Source: the human T2T-CHM13v2.0 reference genome, Homo sapiens
Length of the DNA stretch: 64,000 nucleotides
Assembly (NCBI RefSeq): GCF_009914755.1
Contig: NC_060929.1
Direction: 5' to 3' (one strand)
Shown: positions 1 through 12,480 of the stretch, one piece after another
Layout: each line of letters opens with the position of its first letter
How positions within the stretch are numbered: position 1 is the first letter of the stretch
Notes under the pieces: model-generated
The model's input: only the letters and a program-made list of their open reading frames with translations
Told to the model about the DNA's origin: nothing
The model's database searches: none
Translations under genes and position numbers: made by a program

Positions 1-149
1 CCCCACTTGAGTGTCTGCTTTCCAGCCTCTGGAAGGAGGGACCCTGAATCCCTTCCATGGTCCCAGCATGCTGTACAACTGCCCCTTGAGTTTGTTGGTC
101 CCTGAAAGCCTTCCAACATAACTCCATTTTAATTGCTAGCTTAGAGCCA

Positions 150-290
150 AGGCATACTAATTAACACCGCAGTGAAGAAATTGAAGCCAGAGAAATTAAG
201 TGACCCGGACAAGGTCACACAGCAAGTTTGTTGGATCTGGGTGCAGAATCAATTAATTCCAAGTTCAGAACTCTTTGCACAGCACCTAGA
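150..290 (-). mobile_element. MIR SINE fragment
   Basis: gaagaaattgaagccagagaaattaagtgacccggacaaggtcacacagc resembles the MIR core in antisense. Confidence 0.7.
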
Positions 291-984
291 GATTTTTTTT
301 TTTAAATGGGGAGTTCTAGGAATAAGGTAGAGAAAACGCCTTGATTTCCATCCTTTTCTCATCCTGTTTGATTTCCCATCCACTTCGTAGAAGCAAATGA
401 AATTCTAGCTCAAAACGTGAGTTTCTTCCTTTTGGGTCTGAAATCCATAGACATGAAAGCGGGCATTCAAGGCCTTCACGACATAATCACCACTCATGTC
501 TCCAGCTTTATCTCCCACAAAGATAAAGACCTGCTGGCTTTTTCTTCTACGTAAAACCTGCCGTCCAGCCACAGAGGCCCCTTCCTTGTCCCAGGCACAT
601 GCTGTCCTGTCCTCTCTCACACTCTCCCAGGGTGCTCTGTCTTCTTTCCTTCCTTCTTTCTTTTGACATTATAGAGAGCTACTCTGTCCCCGGCCTGATG
701 AACTAACTCAGCAGGAAAGAAGACCCAGTCCTTTCCAGCTCAAAGTCTGCCAGGAGAGAGGGGTGAGTAAACGATCAGATCCAACAGGGGCAGGCCAGGA
801 GGCTGTGGGATCACCAGCAGGATCCCAGCTGTCTTGGAAACCACAGAAGTTTGCCTAAAGGAGGAGATTTTATACTGACTTCCTAAGGATGAGCAGGAGA
901 TAAAAACAGGAAGAGGAAAATGTGCGTAAAAGAAAAGAGGAGAGAGAGAGAGACAGAGGGAGAGAGAGAGAAGATAGAGATGAT

Positions 985-2107
985 ACCAAACACACAAGCA
1001 GCAGAAGAAAACATAAACTGGACAACAGAATCATAATGGAAAACTTTTGTGCTTCCACAGGTACCATCAAAAAAGTGAAAAGACAATCCATGTAATGGGG
1101 GAAAACTTTTGCCAATCATGTATCTGATAAGGGACTTTTATCTGGAGCATAAGTAACTATTATAATTCAATTATTTAAAAAGGCAAATAACCAAAAATGG
1201 TCAAAGGATCTGAATGGGCATTTCTAGAAATATGATAAACTAATAGCGTAAAAGCACGTGAAATGATGCTCCGCATCACTAGCCATCAGAGAAATGTGAA
1301 TTATAGCTGCAATGAAATACCACTCTCTACCTACTCATATGGCTATCATAAAAGGATAGATAAGAAGAAGTGTTGGTGATAATGTGGAGAAATTGGAATC
1401 CTCAAACACTGCTTGGAAGAATGTAAAATGGTACAGCCACTTTAGAAAACAGTCTGCCAGCGTCTCAAAAAGTTAAACATAGAGTGACCATATGACACGC
1501 AATTCCAGTCCTATATAGCCAAGAGAATTGAAAACATATGTGCACACAAAAACTTGTACACTGTTTACAGCAACATTATTCATAATAACCAACATGTGGG
1601 AACAACTCAAGAGTGCATCAACAAGACACATGGAGAAACACAATGTGGTATATCCATACAATGGAATATTATTCAGCCATGAAAAGGAATGAAGTGCTGA
1701 TACATGCTACAACATGGATGAACCTCAAAGATATTATACTCAGTAAAAGAAGCCAGACACCAAGAACCACACAGCATTTGATTCCATTTCTATAAAATGT
1801 TCACAATAGGCAAATCCAAAGAGACAGAAAGAAGTTTAGTGGCTGCCAGGGGCAGAGGATGATGAGCAAATGAAGGTGTATGACAGCCAAGGGGTACGGT
1901 TTCTGTTTTGAGGTAATGAAAATGTTTCTAAATTGATTGTGGCAATGGGTACACAACTCTGTGAATATAATAAAGGAAATTGAATTGTATACTACACTTT
2001 GAGTGTGTGAATTGTATGGTATATGAATTATAACACATACCATGCATTTTAAAAATAATAAATAAAAAGAAATAATGCTTTTCAAAATAAAATAAAATAA
2101 AATAATA
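985..2107 (+). mobile_element. L1MB-type LINE-1 3' fragment (end of ORF2, 3' UTR, A-rich tail)
   Basis: Typical L1M motifs (tgtggagaaattggaatcctc, aaatggtacagccactttagaaaacag, caatggaatattattcagccat, aaaagaagccagacac) ending in (AAAAT)n. Confidence 0.9.
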
Positions 2108-2139
2108 ACTCTTATGTATCTTGTGTTACATCCAGAAGA

Positions 2140-2340
2140 TGATAGGGTACAATGGCTAAGAGTGAAGGTTCAAAAGCAGCCTGCTGGAGTTTCCTGAGAC
2201 CCAGGGCCAGTTACTTAACTTCTTAGGGCTTCAGTTTCCTTCTCTATAAAATGGGGGTGGATGAGAGAATGCATAAAAAGTACTGAATACCATGCCTGGC
2301 CCAGAGTACATGCTCAATGAAGGTGAACGATTATTATCAC
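2140..2340 (+). mobile_element. MIR SINE
   Basis: cttcagtttccttctctataaaatgggg ... tgcctggcccagagtacatgctcaat. Confidence 0.75.
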
Positions 2341-2983
2341 AACCAACTGACAGACTGGAAGAGTGATGACCCTGAGTTCCAGAGGGATTGTAGAGAAAGA
2401 AAAACTATATCAGAAAAAAAAATATTTTTAGGATTGTCATTATGAGAGCAAAAAAATATTTAGGAAATAGAAAATGCCAAATATGTCAAATTAATTTTAT
2501 TCTCCAATGACAGAATTTTGTATAAATGGCCTTCAGAGTTCATTTAAAGTCACACACTCATGAAAATATAATCGGGAGCACAAGTGAGAGAACCAAGCTT
2601 TTAGGGATTAGAGCAGGGGAGAACCTGAGAGCAAGCCCAATCTTACCTAAAATGCCTACCTGGCATTATCAGGAGCCCACAACATACCCATCATTTTGTC
2701 AATGGAAGCTTTGAAATAAGACTTTCCATCCTTTGCAGGAGAGGAGGTCAGCCAGGCTGTTGTCTTCCAGAATTCTCCTTGTGCTACTGGAGTCTGAGGT
2801 GTTGTTAAAGTAAGAACAGCCAGGGATTGTGGAAAACAGTCAGAGGTAGAAAATAAAATTTGGGCACATTTTGAAGTTTGCCAATTACACTTTCAGGCAT
2901 GTACCTTAGAGAAACACCAGCCCACGTGCTCAATTAAACAGGTACAAAGATGTTCCTGAGGCATTACTAGTAAGAGAGAAGAG

Positions 2984-3180
2984 GTAGTGGTGGTAATGAT
3001 GATGGTGGCAGTAATGATGAGGATGATGGTGGTGGTGATGGTGGTGATGGTGATGATGATGATGATGGTGATGGTGATGGTGGTGGTGGTGGTGATGGTG
3101 ATGATGATATTGGTGGTGATGGTGATGGTGGTGGTAATGGTGATGATGGTGATGCTGACAGTGATAGTGATAGTGATGAT
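2984..3180. repeat. (GGT/GAT)n compound trinucleotide microsatellite
   Basis: ~65 in-phase GGT/GAT-type triplets read directly; source of the poly-V/M and poly-T/I ORFs. Confidence 0.97.
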
Positions 3181-3184
3181 ATCT

Positions 3185-3305
3185 GACATTTACTGAGTAC
3201 TCTCTATTTCTTAAGCATTGTTGTAAACACCTTATGTATATTGACTCTCTTAATCCTCACAGCAAACTATTAGGTTGATACTATTATTATCCTCATATTA
3301 CAGAT
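3185..3305 (-). mobile_element. MIR SINE fragment
   Basis: catttactgagtac ... ttaatcctcacagcaaactat ... ctattattatcctcatattacagat. Confidence 0.75.
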
Positions 3306-3309
3306 CACA

Positions 3310-4072
3310 GCACTCACTGGTTAAACCTCCCTGAAGACTTTTCATATCACTTAGACTAGTCCAAAACCTAGCCCTTTACCCTGACCTCCAGTGGCCTCTT
3401 AGATCTGTCCCCTGCACACTGCTCTGAGTCCCCTACTCCTCCTCCTGCTCATCATGTTTCTTCCATCTATTCCTTCAACTCACCAAACTTAAATCTATCA
3501 GATCTTGTGCACCAGTTGTTTTCTCTACTGAAAGCACTCTTCCTCTAGTCCGGTTGCTCCCAAAGCATGGTCCCTGGGCCAGCAGCATCAGCATCACCTG
3601 GGACCTTGTTAGAAATGCAATTTTCAGGTCTCACCCCAAATCTACTGAATCTGAAACCCTGAAGGTGGGACCCTGAGATCTGGGTTTTACTTAGCACTCC
3701 GAGTGTGTGTGATTCACCAGAGTTTGAGAATGGCTGCTCTAGGTTTTCACGAGCAGGCTGCTCCTTGTCATTCATGTTCCAGGTTACTCATCACATCTTC
3801 AGAGCCCCTCCCTAACCTTATCCTCCCCATGACTCTCTAGCATGTCACCCAGCTTTATTTTCATCATGGCTCTTACCATTACCCAACATTTTCCTGCTTG
3901 TTGAGGTGTATGTCTGTCTCTGTGTTAACTGTCAGTCTTTTCTACCTGTGAGTAAATTCTCTGAAAGCACAGACCTGCTGTTTATAGTCATGTCCTCAGC
4001 ACCAAGCACAGAAGCCAACACAGAAGGGGCTCAATAAGTATTTGATTCATTTGATTAATTGATTAATTAATT
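3310..4072 (+). mobile_element. L2 LINE 3' fragment interrupted by MER5A
   Basis: L2-like pyrimidine-rich body ending gctcaataagtatttgattcatttgattaattg. Confidence 0.7.
3551..3736. mobile_element. MER5A hAT-Charlie DNA transposon
   Basis: cagcagcatcagcatcacctgggaccttgttagaaatgca core; TIR-like ends; degenerate 8-bp TSD ctctagtc/ctctaggt. Confidence 0.9.
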
Positions 4073-5003
4073 GGAAACCTATGCGGGCAAGACAAGAGTA
4101 ATTGACTGAACTATGAAGCAGGGAAGTCAACTCATGACTCTGGGAGCCAGCCAGGTCCTGTAATGGAAAGGCTGAATGTGAAACATGGAGGTGTGGAGGT
4201 GGCAGGGCAAATGAGTGGAGAGTATGTGGCTAAAGGATTCAAGTTCAATACTGAAAGGGTGGTATAGACCCAACAAAACCAATTTGTGAGCCAGATTCAG
4301 CCCAGGGGCTGCCAGTTTGTAATCCTTATTCTAAAGGCTTGACCTTGATACTCCATTGAGGACATGGCTTTCCTCCTTAAATAAGACTTTCTGTTCCAAG
4401 AGTTTGAAAAACACCTGCTTTTCAGTTTAAGAGTTGGAGAAGTGGAAGGGAGCTTGGAGAAAATCCATTAAGAATGAGAAAGTCAACCATTGGGGAGGGG
4501 TTGTGTCTTTCCAGTCACAGAGAAAACTGGAAGAACCATTGGAACTCTGTTAAATACCTGCATGGAAACATGAATATGCAAAAACATTTATTGCAACCCT
4601 TTTTATAACACCAAAAAAGGCTCTAAAAGTCCAAGAATATGGTATTGCTTAAATAAATCAGGGTAGAAAAATTATATGTGATAATACTTACAGGCAAATT
4701 TAAAAATTATATTTTAGAAGAATCTTTGATTACAGGCTGACTTGCACATAATGCTAGAGAACAGATAAAATAGGATTCCAATTTTATAAAAATAGCCTGT
4801 GTCCCAGCTGAGCCTGAACCTCTGGGATTTAGACCCGTCTTTGCATGTTAGAGAAACTCTTTAAGCAAGTGCTTAATTGCATGAGTTTTTCTTAATGGGG
4901 GTAAGAAAATATCAAAGAGGACATTTGACAGAGATATGGGAAAGAGATGTGGAGAGGACAGCAAAGTACCTGTGGCCCCCCAGCCAGCTCCGTGGGCACT
5001 TAC

Positions 5004-5373
5004 CTGAACAATAACAAGGGGCCTCAGGCAGAAACTGAAGGAGCTGTGCTCAAGGACTCAGTGTGACCAGGGCCCAAGCAGCATAGCTGCAGGCTCAGAG
5101 GGCATGCCGGGATGTTGAGTAGAGATTAGGAGCATTTTCCACATCTTCTTGTAGTACGGAGTCAAGTGGGGGTTCTGAGGACACAGGATCACTGTCATTC
5201 CCTCAGTGGTATCAGAAAGCAAGCTTCAGATGTCACCATTGTTGTAGTGAGCACTGACATAGACAGCATCGACCAAGGCTGAGAGATGTTTTCTAAGTAC
5301 GAGACAGCGTGGTGGGCATAGAACAGGAGGGCCCTCTTGTGAGTGCCCATGAGACTCCCCCACCCTGGGCTCC
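5004..5373 (-). pseudogene. Candidate disabled coding exon of an unidentified gene
   Basis: Minus-strand acceptor cttttcaatgtttccccaagtgatctcag| and perfect donor CAG|GTAAGT; GC3-rich codons; frame restored by removing one TC repeat; TGA stops compatible with CGA decay. Confidence 0.4.
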
Positions 5374-6805
5374 CTGAGATCACTTGGGGAAACATTGAAA
5401 AGGGAGCTTGGCAGATGGAGGCAAAAACCAGCTTTATATGAGTTCAGGGACCTCATTTGTACATATATGTTGATGTGGAAACTTGGGGATATTATTTGCA
5501 TTTATATCACTGATTGTAAATATATCAAAATAACAACAGTTTCCCTAGGTGGTAGAATGGTGGAAGATTTTCATTTTCTGTTGGATAGTTTCTGCACTTT
5601 GTAATTTTTTTTCTAAAATGAACAGATACTACCATGATAACAAGAAAATCCAAATTCTATTATTTTAAAAATACATGATTGACAATATCAGGCATTTTCA
5701 GTAGTGAGTCAGAGAACTGGCTTCCAGACTGAGGAGGCTGAAAAAGGCTCAGATCCATAAAAGGTGACGAGATGGTATCCCCAAGACTGAAGAGTCCTCC
5801 ATGTTGTGCTATAAGATGGAAGTTCCCAATAGTTGCTGATTATCATAGATCACCTCACAGCTCTTATTGTTTTTAATCCTTGTAACAGCTATATGAGGTC
5901 TTATTAGCCATTAGGTAACACACCTCATCAGCAATGGGATATTCATGCCGGGGCTCTTCTGTCTGTGATATTCCCCCATGGTTTTCTAAGGCAGATGTTG
6001 CTTTCCAAATGCTGGCTTCTAGAGTATGAGATCTTCACCTATCTTGGGGGCGGTCTGTAAACCTCTTCGATTTAGATCCAGAGCTTTGCATGCATGTTCG
6101 TTTTTCTAATAGGATAACCCCAGTTCTACTACCCCCCTCCAAAATTTAAGTATTGCGATTCTATGTTATTTGAAAAGCATAGACTTTGAAAAAAAAACAT
6201 TAGAAATAGGAAATGCTTCTTGAACAGTAATATTTTGAGGATCTAATGGTAAGCAAATCAGAAACATGTGGATTAAATTTCCCTTAAATTGGGCATAAAC
6301 CAAATAATATAAACAGTTTGGTAAAATTTGCTTGGGGTTTTCTCAAACCCAAATCATTTGAAAAAAAGAAAATGTTGTTATTTTTGATGAACCCTAAAGA
6401 GGGTCTGTTTGGCAGATTATAGGTTGGGTGAGCCTGTTTGTGGTATTTCAACATAGTGTGTTTTCCAGTTGGGGGCACTGGTTCATTTGGGGTTGATGTT
6501 GTTAGATTTGTGGCATGGTGGGTGGATAGTGGTGTGCTGGTGTACATTAGGGTGAAAGGAATACTCCACATCTCCCCATGCCACAGTTTACTCTTGGTTG
6601 CTTGTTACCAAGAGGAGTTTGCCCATGGAAACCATCAGAGAACTACAGAGACTTGGAGGAGGTGGACCACTGTCTCTCCACCATGTCAGCCAGGCTGTGA
6701 AACCACATCTTCGAAGGTGAGCAGCTGCATAGAGGGCCTGGCCGTGGGTATTGAGACCACTAATAGTCCTTCTGTTGCAGCTCAGTAGGAGAAAAAGAGG
6801 CAAGA

Positions 6806-7115
6806 TGGCTTTTTGTTGCCTTTTTTTTTTTTTAATGGAGTTTCACTCTGTCACCCAGGCTGGAGTGTGGTGGCACGATCTTAGCTCAAGGCAACCTCCG
6901 TCTCCCAGGTTCAAGTGATTCTCCTGCCTGAGCCTCCTGAGTAGCTGCAATTACAGGCATGCACCACCACGCCCAGCTAATTTTTTTATATTTTTAGTAA
7001 AGAGGGGGTTTTACCATGTTGGCCAGGTTGGTCTCAAACTCCTGGCCTCAAATGGTCTGCTCAACTTGGCCTCCAAAAGCATTGGGATTACAGGCATGAG
7101 CCACTGCGCCCAACC
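6806..7115 (-). mobile_element. AluS-type SINE
   Basis: Full antisense Alu; TSD core gaggcaaga at 6797-6805 and 7116-7124. Confidence 0.97.
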
Positions 7116-7234
7116 GAGGCAAGAGTTTTAATAGCTCTTTTGGCTCTAACAGATCATTGAGGTAGTGATCTGGTACCAGCAGGTGCTAATACTCCAATAA
7201 TACAATCAGAGGCAGAGTAAGAGTCACTGATTGT

Positions 7235-7556
<322 letters not shown>

Positions 7557-7589
7557 TTATTTATCCTGTGCAAAAGGCTTCCCTACAGT

Positions 7590-7950
7590 TGTAGACAAGG
7601 AGAGGAGCCACCTAGATTGCCTTTCAAGGCAGGTCTGCTATCTGTAGATGTTTTCCCTCTGTCAGCTCCATTAGAGTCAGCCTCAGCTGCAGAGAGCCTC
7701 ATCATCAGTAGCCACAGCATTTTGGGTCAGCCCACACTCCAGTGTGGTGACTGAGCAAGGCAGGTGCATAAAGACACCCCTAATGGGCAATTCTCAACCC
7801 GAAGCCCCCTGCTCTGTTGGCCAAGGCTTTATCAGGCCTGGAGCGCAGGGTGTCTTCTCTCTCTGCCTAGCCTGCTGCCACTCCTTCCTTTCCCTGGCAC
7901 TGATCCTCAATCTACATCTTGCACTCCAAGACTCTGTCTCAGTCTTTGTC
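7590..7950 (+). mobile_element. ERVL LTR16-family solo LTR
   Basis: gcctcagctgcagagagcctc ... tacatcttgcactccaagactctgtctcagtct resembles LTR16. Confidence 0.6.
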
Positions 7951-7984
7951 ACTGGAGAAATGGATGGACACCATCCTGTTAGTT

Positions 7985-8140
7985 CATAACCTTCATGACT
8001 GCTTTATGAAATAAGAATTATTATCCCCATCTAATAGATGAAGAAACTGAGGCTCAGAGTGGCAAAATGCCTTAAGTCAGAGGTTAAGCATCTTGGAGGT
8101 AGGACGTTGTGGAACTGGGATTGGAACTTAGCTTTCTTTG
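7985..8140 (-). mobile_element. MIR SINE
   Basis: ttattatccccatctaatagatgaagaaactgaggctcagag. Confidence 0.85.
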
Positions 8141-8379
8141 GGTCTGTTTCCTGCATATTCCACTCTCCTGAGCAGCCTTCCACATTCCTCAGTGTTTTTG
8201 CTTCTGAATTTTCCACAGCCTTGGCATGCACAGATACATTCATGTAGGATTAGGTGTGCTGGTGAACAGGGAGTGGGCACTATATTGTATGAAAAGAGAA
8301 TATTCAACATTATTAATAATGGGAAATTCTGCAATTTATTGAGCACTTACTAAGTGCCATGGAACTTGCATATATAAAT

Positions 8380-8666
8380 GTTTTTTTCCTCTTTTTTTGA
8401 GACAGATTTTCCCTCTGTCACCCAGGCTGGAGTACAGTAGCATGATCTCGGCTCACTGCAACCTCCGACTCCCGGGTTCAAGGGATCTCCTGCCTCAACC
8501 TACTGAGTAGCTTGGATTACAGCTCCCACCACAATGCCCAGCTAATTTTTGTATTTTAGTAGAGACGGGGTTTCACCATGTTGGCCAGGCTTCTGACCTC
8601 AGGTGATCTGCCCATCTCGGCCTCCCAAATTGCTGGGATTACAGGCGTGAGCCACTGCATCCGGCC
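8380..8666 (-). mobile_element. AluS-type SINE with small internal deletions
   Basis: Antisense Alu ending cactgcatccggcc; lacks the ggtctcgaactc segment. Confidence 0.95.
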
Positions 8667-8872
8667 ACTGAATATATAATTTTAATTAACAACAATAATA
8701 GCTGACATATGGTGATGTCGACTAGGAACTGGGCACTGCATGATGGGGCCGGTGCCATTAACATTCCCACTAATGAAGGCACCAAAGATGTGAATCATTT
8801 GTCTGAGGTCTCCAGCTTCTAAGAGTCAAGCTAAGACCACCTACTCCAGACCCAGCATGCTTAATGGCAAAG

Positions 8873-8950
8873 CCATTCATATCCCCATTCATATCCCCAT
8901 TCTTAAGGAGGGGGAGGCCATTCATATCCCCATTCTTAAGGAGGGGGAGG
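8873..8950. repeat. Nested tandem duplication (12-bp unit x2, 33-bp unit x2)
   Basis: ccattcatatccccattcttaaggagggggagg exact at 8885-8917 and 8918-8950; ccattcatatcc at 8873 and 8885. Confidence 0.97.
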
Positions 8951-11419
8951 CTCACCTGAGGCTCAGAGTTGTATATACACTGACCCGAAGACTTAGCTGG
9001 TGGGAGCAGAGCCAGATTCCAGCCCAAATCTGCCCAACTTTAATATCTACGCTCTTTTTATCACCCAGTGTTGCCTCTCTAGGGAGGAGCAAGAGACATA
9101 ACAAATCATTTGTTGTCCCAAGGCAGATTTTGCCTTTAGATCATGTCCAGTGCTGGCAGATTATAAGGAGAAGGCATGGCTTTGTAGGGAGAGGAGGAGA
9201 TGCTGGGGAAAAGGCAGATGCCATGAGAAACACCAGCCCTCACGGCCTGGCATCTGCAGGAAGAAACTTGGGTACATTCGATTTAACCAGCATATACTGG
9301 GTGCTGACTCCTATAGGTGGACAACTCCACATTCATAACTGTCTGCAGATTTTTCTGTCGAGGTCTGGAGTAGGCCCACGTATCCACCCAACCTCCCTAC
9401 TGGACAGCTTCACCCTCATTCAGCTATTCATTCAACAGTGTGCCTACTATAGGCGGACAGTGTCATGTGCTCAGGATTTGGGGGTGAACAAGACACTCTT
9501 CTTGCTTGGCAAAAAGTGCAGTAGGGGAGCCAGACATGTAAACAGGCAGTCACAGCCACCTATGCCCCCTCCACGCAGAAGGAAATGAGCAAGTCTGTTT
9601 TACTAAGATTGTTCTCTTCTCTCTGGGCTGTGAAAACACATTCCAGATCACGAGAGAAGAAACACACATACACAAATCAGATCCCTCATTAATTGTACTT
9701 GGTCTTGTAATTTCTCATTTACTGCAGTACAGTGATGATCTGGTCATCTCCAGCACATGTGCTGGGTTCCTGCATATGCTACCTCTTGTGCCCACACAGT
9801 GTCACAGGACCCTGAAGGCTGGCTCCATGACATATGGTATCATCCTGCTGTTGGTAACAGGCCCTACCAGCCATCCAGGTGCCCACACTTAGGTGCTTTA
9901 TCCTCTCCTCCATCTCCTTCCTCCAAACCCACACCTCTTGCTGGCTCCAATGGTGGCATGGCCAGCTCTCGGGTATCCTTACTCCTCTCTCCCTTCAGGA
10001 TCACATCTCAGGCATTTTCAAGGCATGCCAATTAAAATTCTGCAAAGCCATGATCTCTTTGCTCCACCTCTATTCCCATGATACTTTTACTTTCTCCTGA
10101 ATGGGCTTCCTCACTGGTCTTCCTGCTCAAGTTTCTCCCTGTGTCCCTTTACGCCAATCATCTACACCACAAATCTCAGCATGTCACTTCCAGTCTCAGA
10201 AGGCTTTCATGTCTCATTGGTAGCTTGGCATTACAGCTTTCCATGTTCTGGGCCTTGTTATCTCTATTCTTCCCCCACCCTCCTTATGAAATGCACCAAG
10301 GTTTCACGTCATGGTAACTTTGCACACCGTGTTCCCTCCAAACTTACCCCAGACCTCAGCTCTGATGCACTCCCCAGATATGCTCAAGCCCCTCTTCAGT
10401 GTCCCCAGCCCAAATGCTTCCCTCCACTGTTAACACTTGTTATGGGGGCTGTGAAGAGGTTGGCCTCCCAATCTGGAGGGTGTGAGCCCTCTGAGGAAGG
10501 GAACCATGCCTTCTGCAACACTGCAAAGCCCTCATGAATGAATGAATGGGTCTGACACTCTAGCTGGCTCTACAATGAGGAAAGGCTCCTAAATATTTTG
10601 TCCCTATGCCTGCGCCAGACCCAACCACGAGATCTTATCGGGAAGTCTGCCTCTGTTGCGGTGTCAATCTTCCAGCATGACGTGAACCTTGGGGACCTGC
10701 TGGTAATCATTTGCAGCAGCCAAAAGTGCTCTTTAGAGAATGAGTCATTTGGTCGTTGCACACACAGGCTGGTGACCCGCAGAGAGTTTGTCTACAGACA
10801 CCTTTGTGGGCAGCCGTTCGATTTCCTGAGCCTGAGGAGGCCTTTATTTCAGATTCCAAACTTTATTGCAACTTCTGAGTGACTGCCTTGACCCCATTGG
10901 TAACCTCACAGCACTTACAGTGATTCATCTCTTCAGGAAACTGTGTCTCCCCTGGGTCTGTCCCGTGATATTGGTGCAGGAATAGTGGCTGGGAGTGGGA
11001 TTGGTGAGAGGGAAAAGCCTCTTTGCCATTTGCAGTCTCTTGAGCGGCCTGTGAGAAAAATATTTCCTTTGCTGTGGGATTCAGCAACTGCACACCAGAA
11101 CGAAAAGGTGAGCAGCTGGACCCCGGGCCCAGCCCAGCAGAGGATTGAAGGGAATATCCAAGCTCACCACAGCTCTCCCACTACTCCCTTTCAGAAATCC
11201 ACCCACTGGGTCATCTTGTGATCCCTAACCATCGTCATTCAGATCTGTCTACTGGACCCAACATGTCCTTGACTCTCCCAAACTTATAGAAGATGGATGG
11301 TGTGGTGTCCTTTAAGGATGGCAAGTTCTGGAGTTGAGCACACTGTAGTTTTTTATGCTTTTTATTGGAGAATAACACACATACAGGTAAGCACACAATC
11401 ACAAGTGTGCAGCTCACTC

Positions 11420-11785
11420 AGTAGTCTCAAAGGCACACCTGGTGCTGCATTCCCACTTCAGCTACCCAAACTTCACAAGTCACGTGCCCCGCCTGAGCCT
11501 CAGTTTCTTCAGTTCTCAAGTGCAATTAAAAATCTGTCTCTCCTAATCAGGCCTTCACTACAAACAAATCCGAAATGCTACCCCCTTGCCTGTCGCCTCA
11601 CTTGGCTTTAGTTGTTCATAAAGCCTATCATCATCTGATGTGTTATTTGTTGTTTAGATTTGTTTATTTTCTCTCTCCCAATGAGAATGTCAGCTCCCTG
11701 GGCAGAAGAAATTGATTTCGCTCACCACTCCATCCCTGAAGCTAGAACGGTGCCTGTTCACTAAATGAGTACTCACTGGATGAAT
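11420..11785 (+). mobile_element. L2 LINE 3' end
   Basis: agaatgtcagctccctgggcagaag ... gctagaacggtgcctg ... ggatgaatg. Confidence 0.7.
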
Positions 11786-11839
11786 GCAGACAGTGGTTTT
11801 GAGGACAGCTTGAATGCTTTAAAACTTGGGAAACATCAT

Positions 11840-12480
11840 TAAGATGGTTAGTTAAAAAAACAGAAAACAACAAAGGGGTTGGCCAAGCTGTGGAGCAATT
11901 GGAACTCTTGTGTATTGTTGGTGGGAAGGTAACATGGAGCAGCCACTGTAGAAATAGTATGAATGACAGTTCCTCAGAAAATTAAAACCTAGACTTAACA
12001 ACGATCTGGTAATTCAATTTCCGGGTACATACCCAAAAGCACTGAAAGCAGGGTCTTGAACAGATATTTGTATACCGATGTCCATAGCAACATTATTTGC
12101 AATAGCCAAAACATGGAGACTACCCGAGTGTCCTTCAATGTATAAACAGTCCACAAAATGGGGTCTAAATATACAATGGAATATTATTCAGCCTTAAAAA
12201 TGAACTCAGTTTTTACACACACTACAAGATGGGCAAACCTTGAGGACATTATACTAAGTGAAATGAGCCAGGCGCCAAAGGATAAACACACTTTATGACT
12301 TCATGTACATGAGACGCCTAGAGCATTGAAATTCATAGAGAAAGTAGAATAGTGGTTTCCAGGGGCAGAGAATGAAGGGTTGTTGTTTAATGAATATAGA
12401 GTTTCAATTGGGGAAGATGAAAGTTCTAGAGATACATAGTGGCAATGGTTGCACAACAGTGTGAATATACTTAGTGCTGA
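11840..12480 (+). mobile_element. L1MB-type LINE-1 3' fragment
   Basis: tggagcaattggaactcttgtg, ctgaaagcagggtcttgaacagatatttgta, gggaagatgaaagttctagag. Confidence 0.9.

Noticed and set aside
2893-3196. Poly-T/I and poly-V/M ORFs
   Set aside because: Translations of the GGT/GAT microsatellite
6300-6560. A/C-rich minus strand suggesting a mitochondrial insertion (NUMT)
   Set aside because: No recognisable mitochondrial gene or tRNA; better explained as part of the env relic
6704-6724. KRAB-A-like LLTFEDV peptide on the minus strand
   Set aside because: Similarity stops after seven residues, a stop follows, and there is no FxxEEW motif or zinc-finger exon
8857-9588. Longest ORF (243 aa)
   Set aside because: Runs through tandem duplications and MIR/L2-like fragments, with no recognisable domain or codon bias
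11375-11395. Strong donor CAG|GTAAGC
   Set aside because: Lies in what looks like an antisense L1ME 3' terminus and has no convincing acceptor
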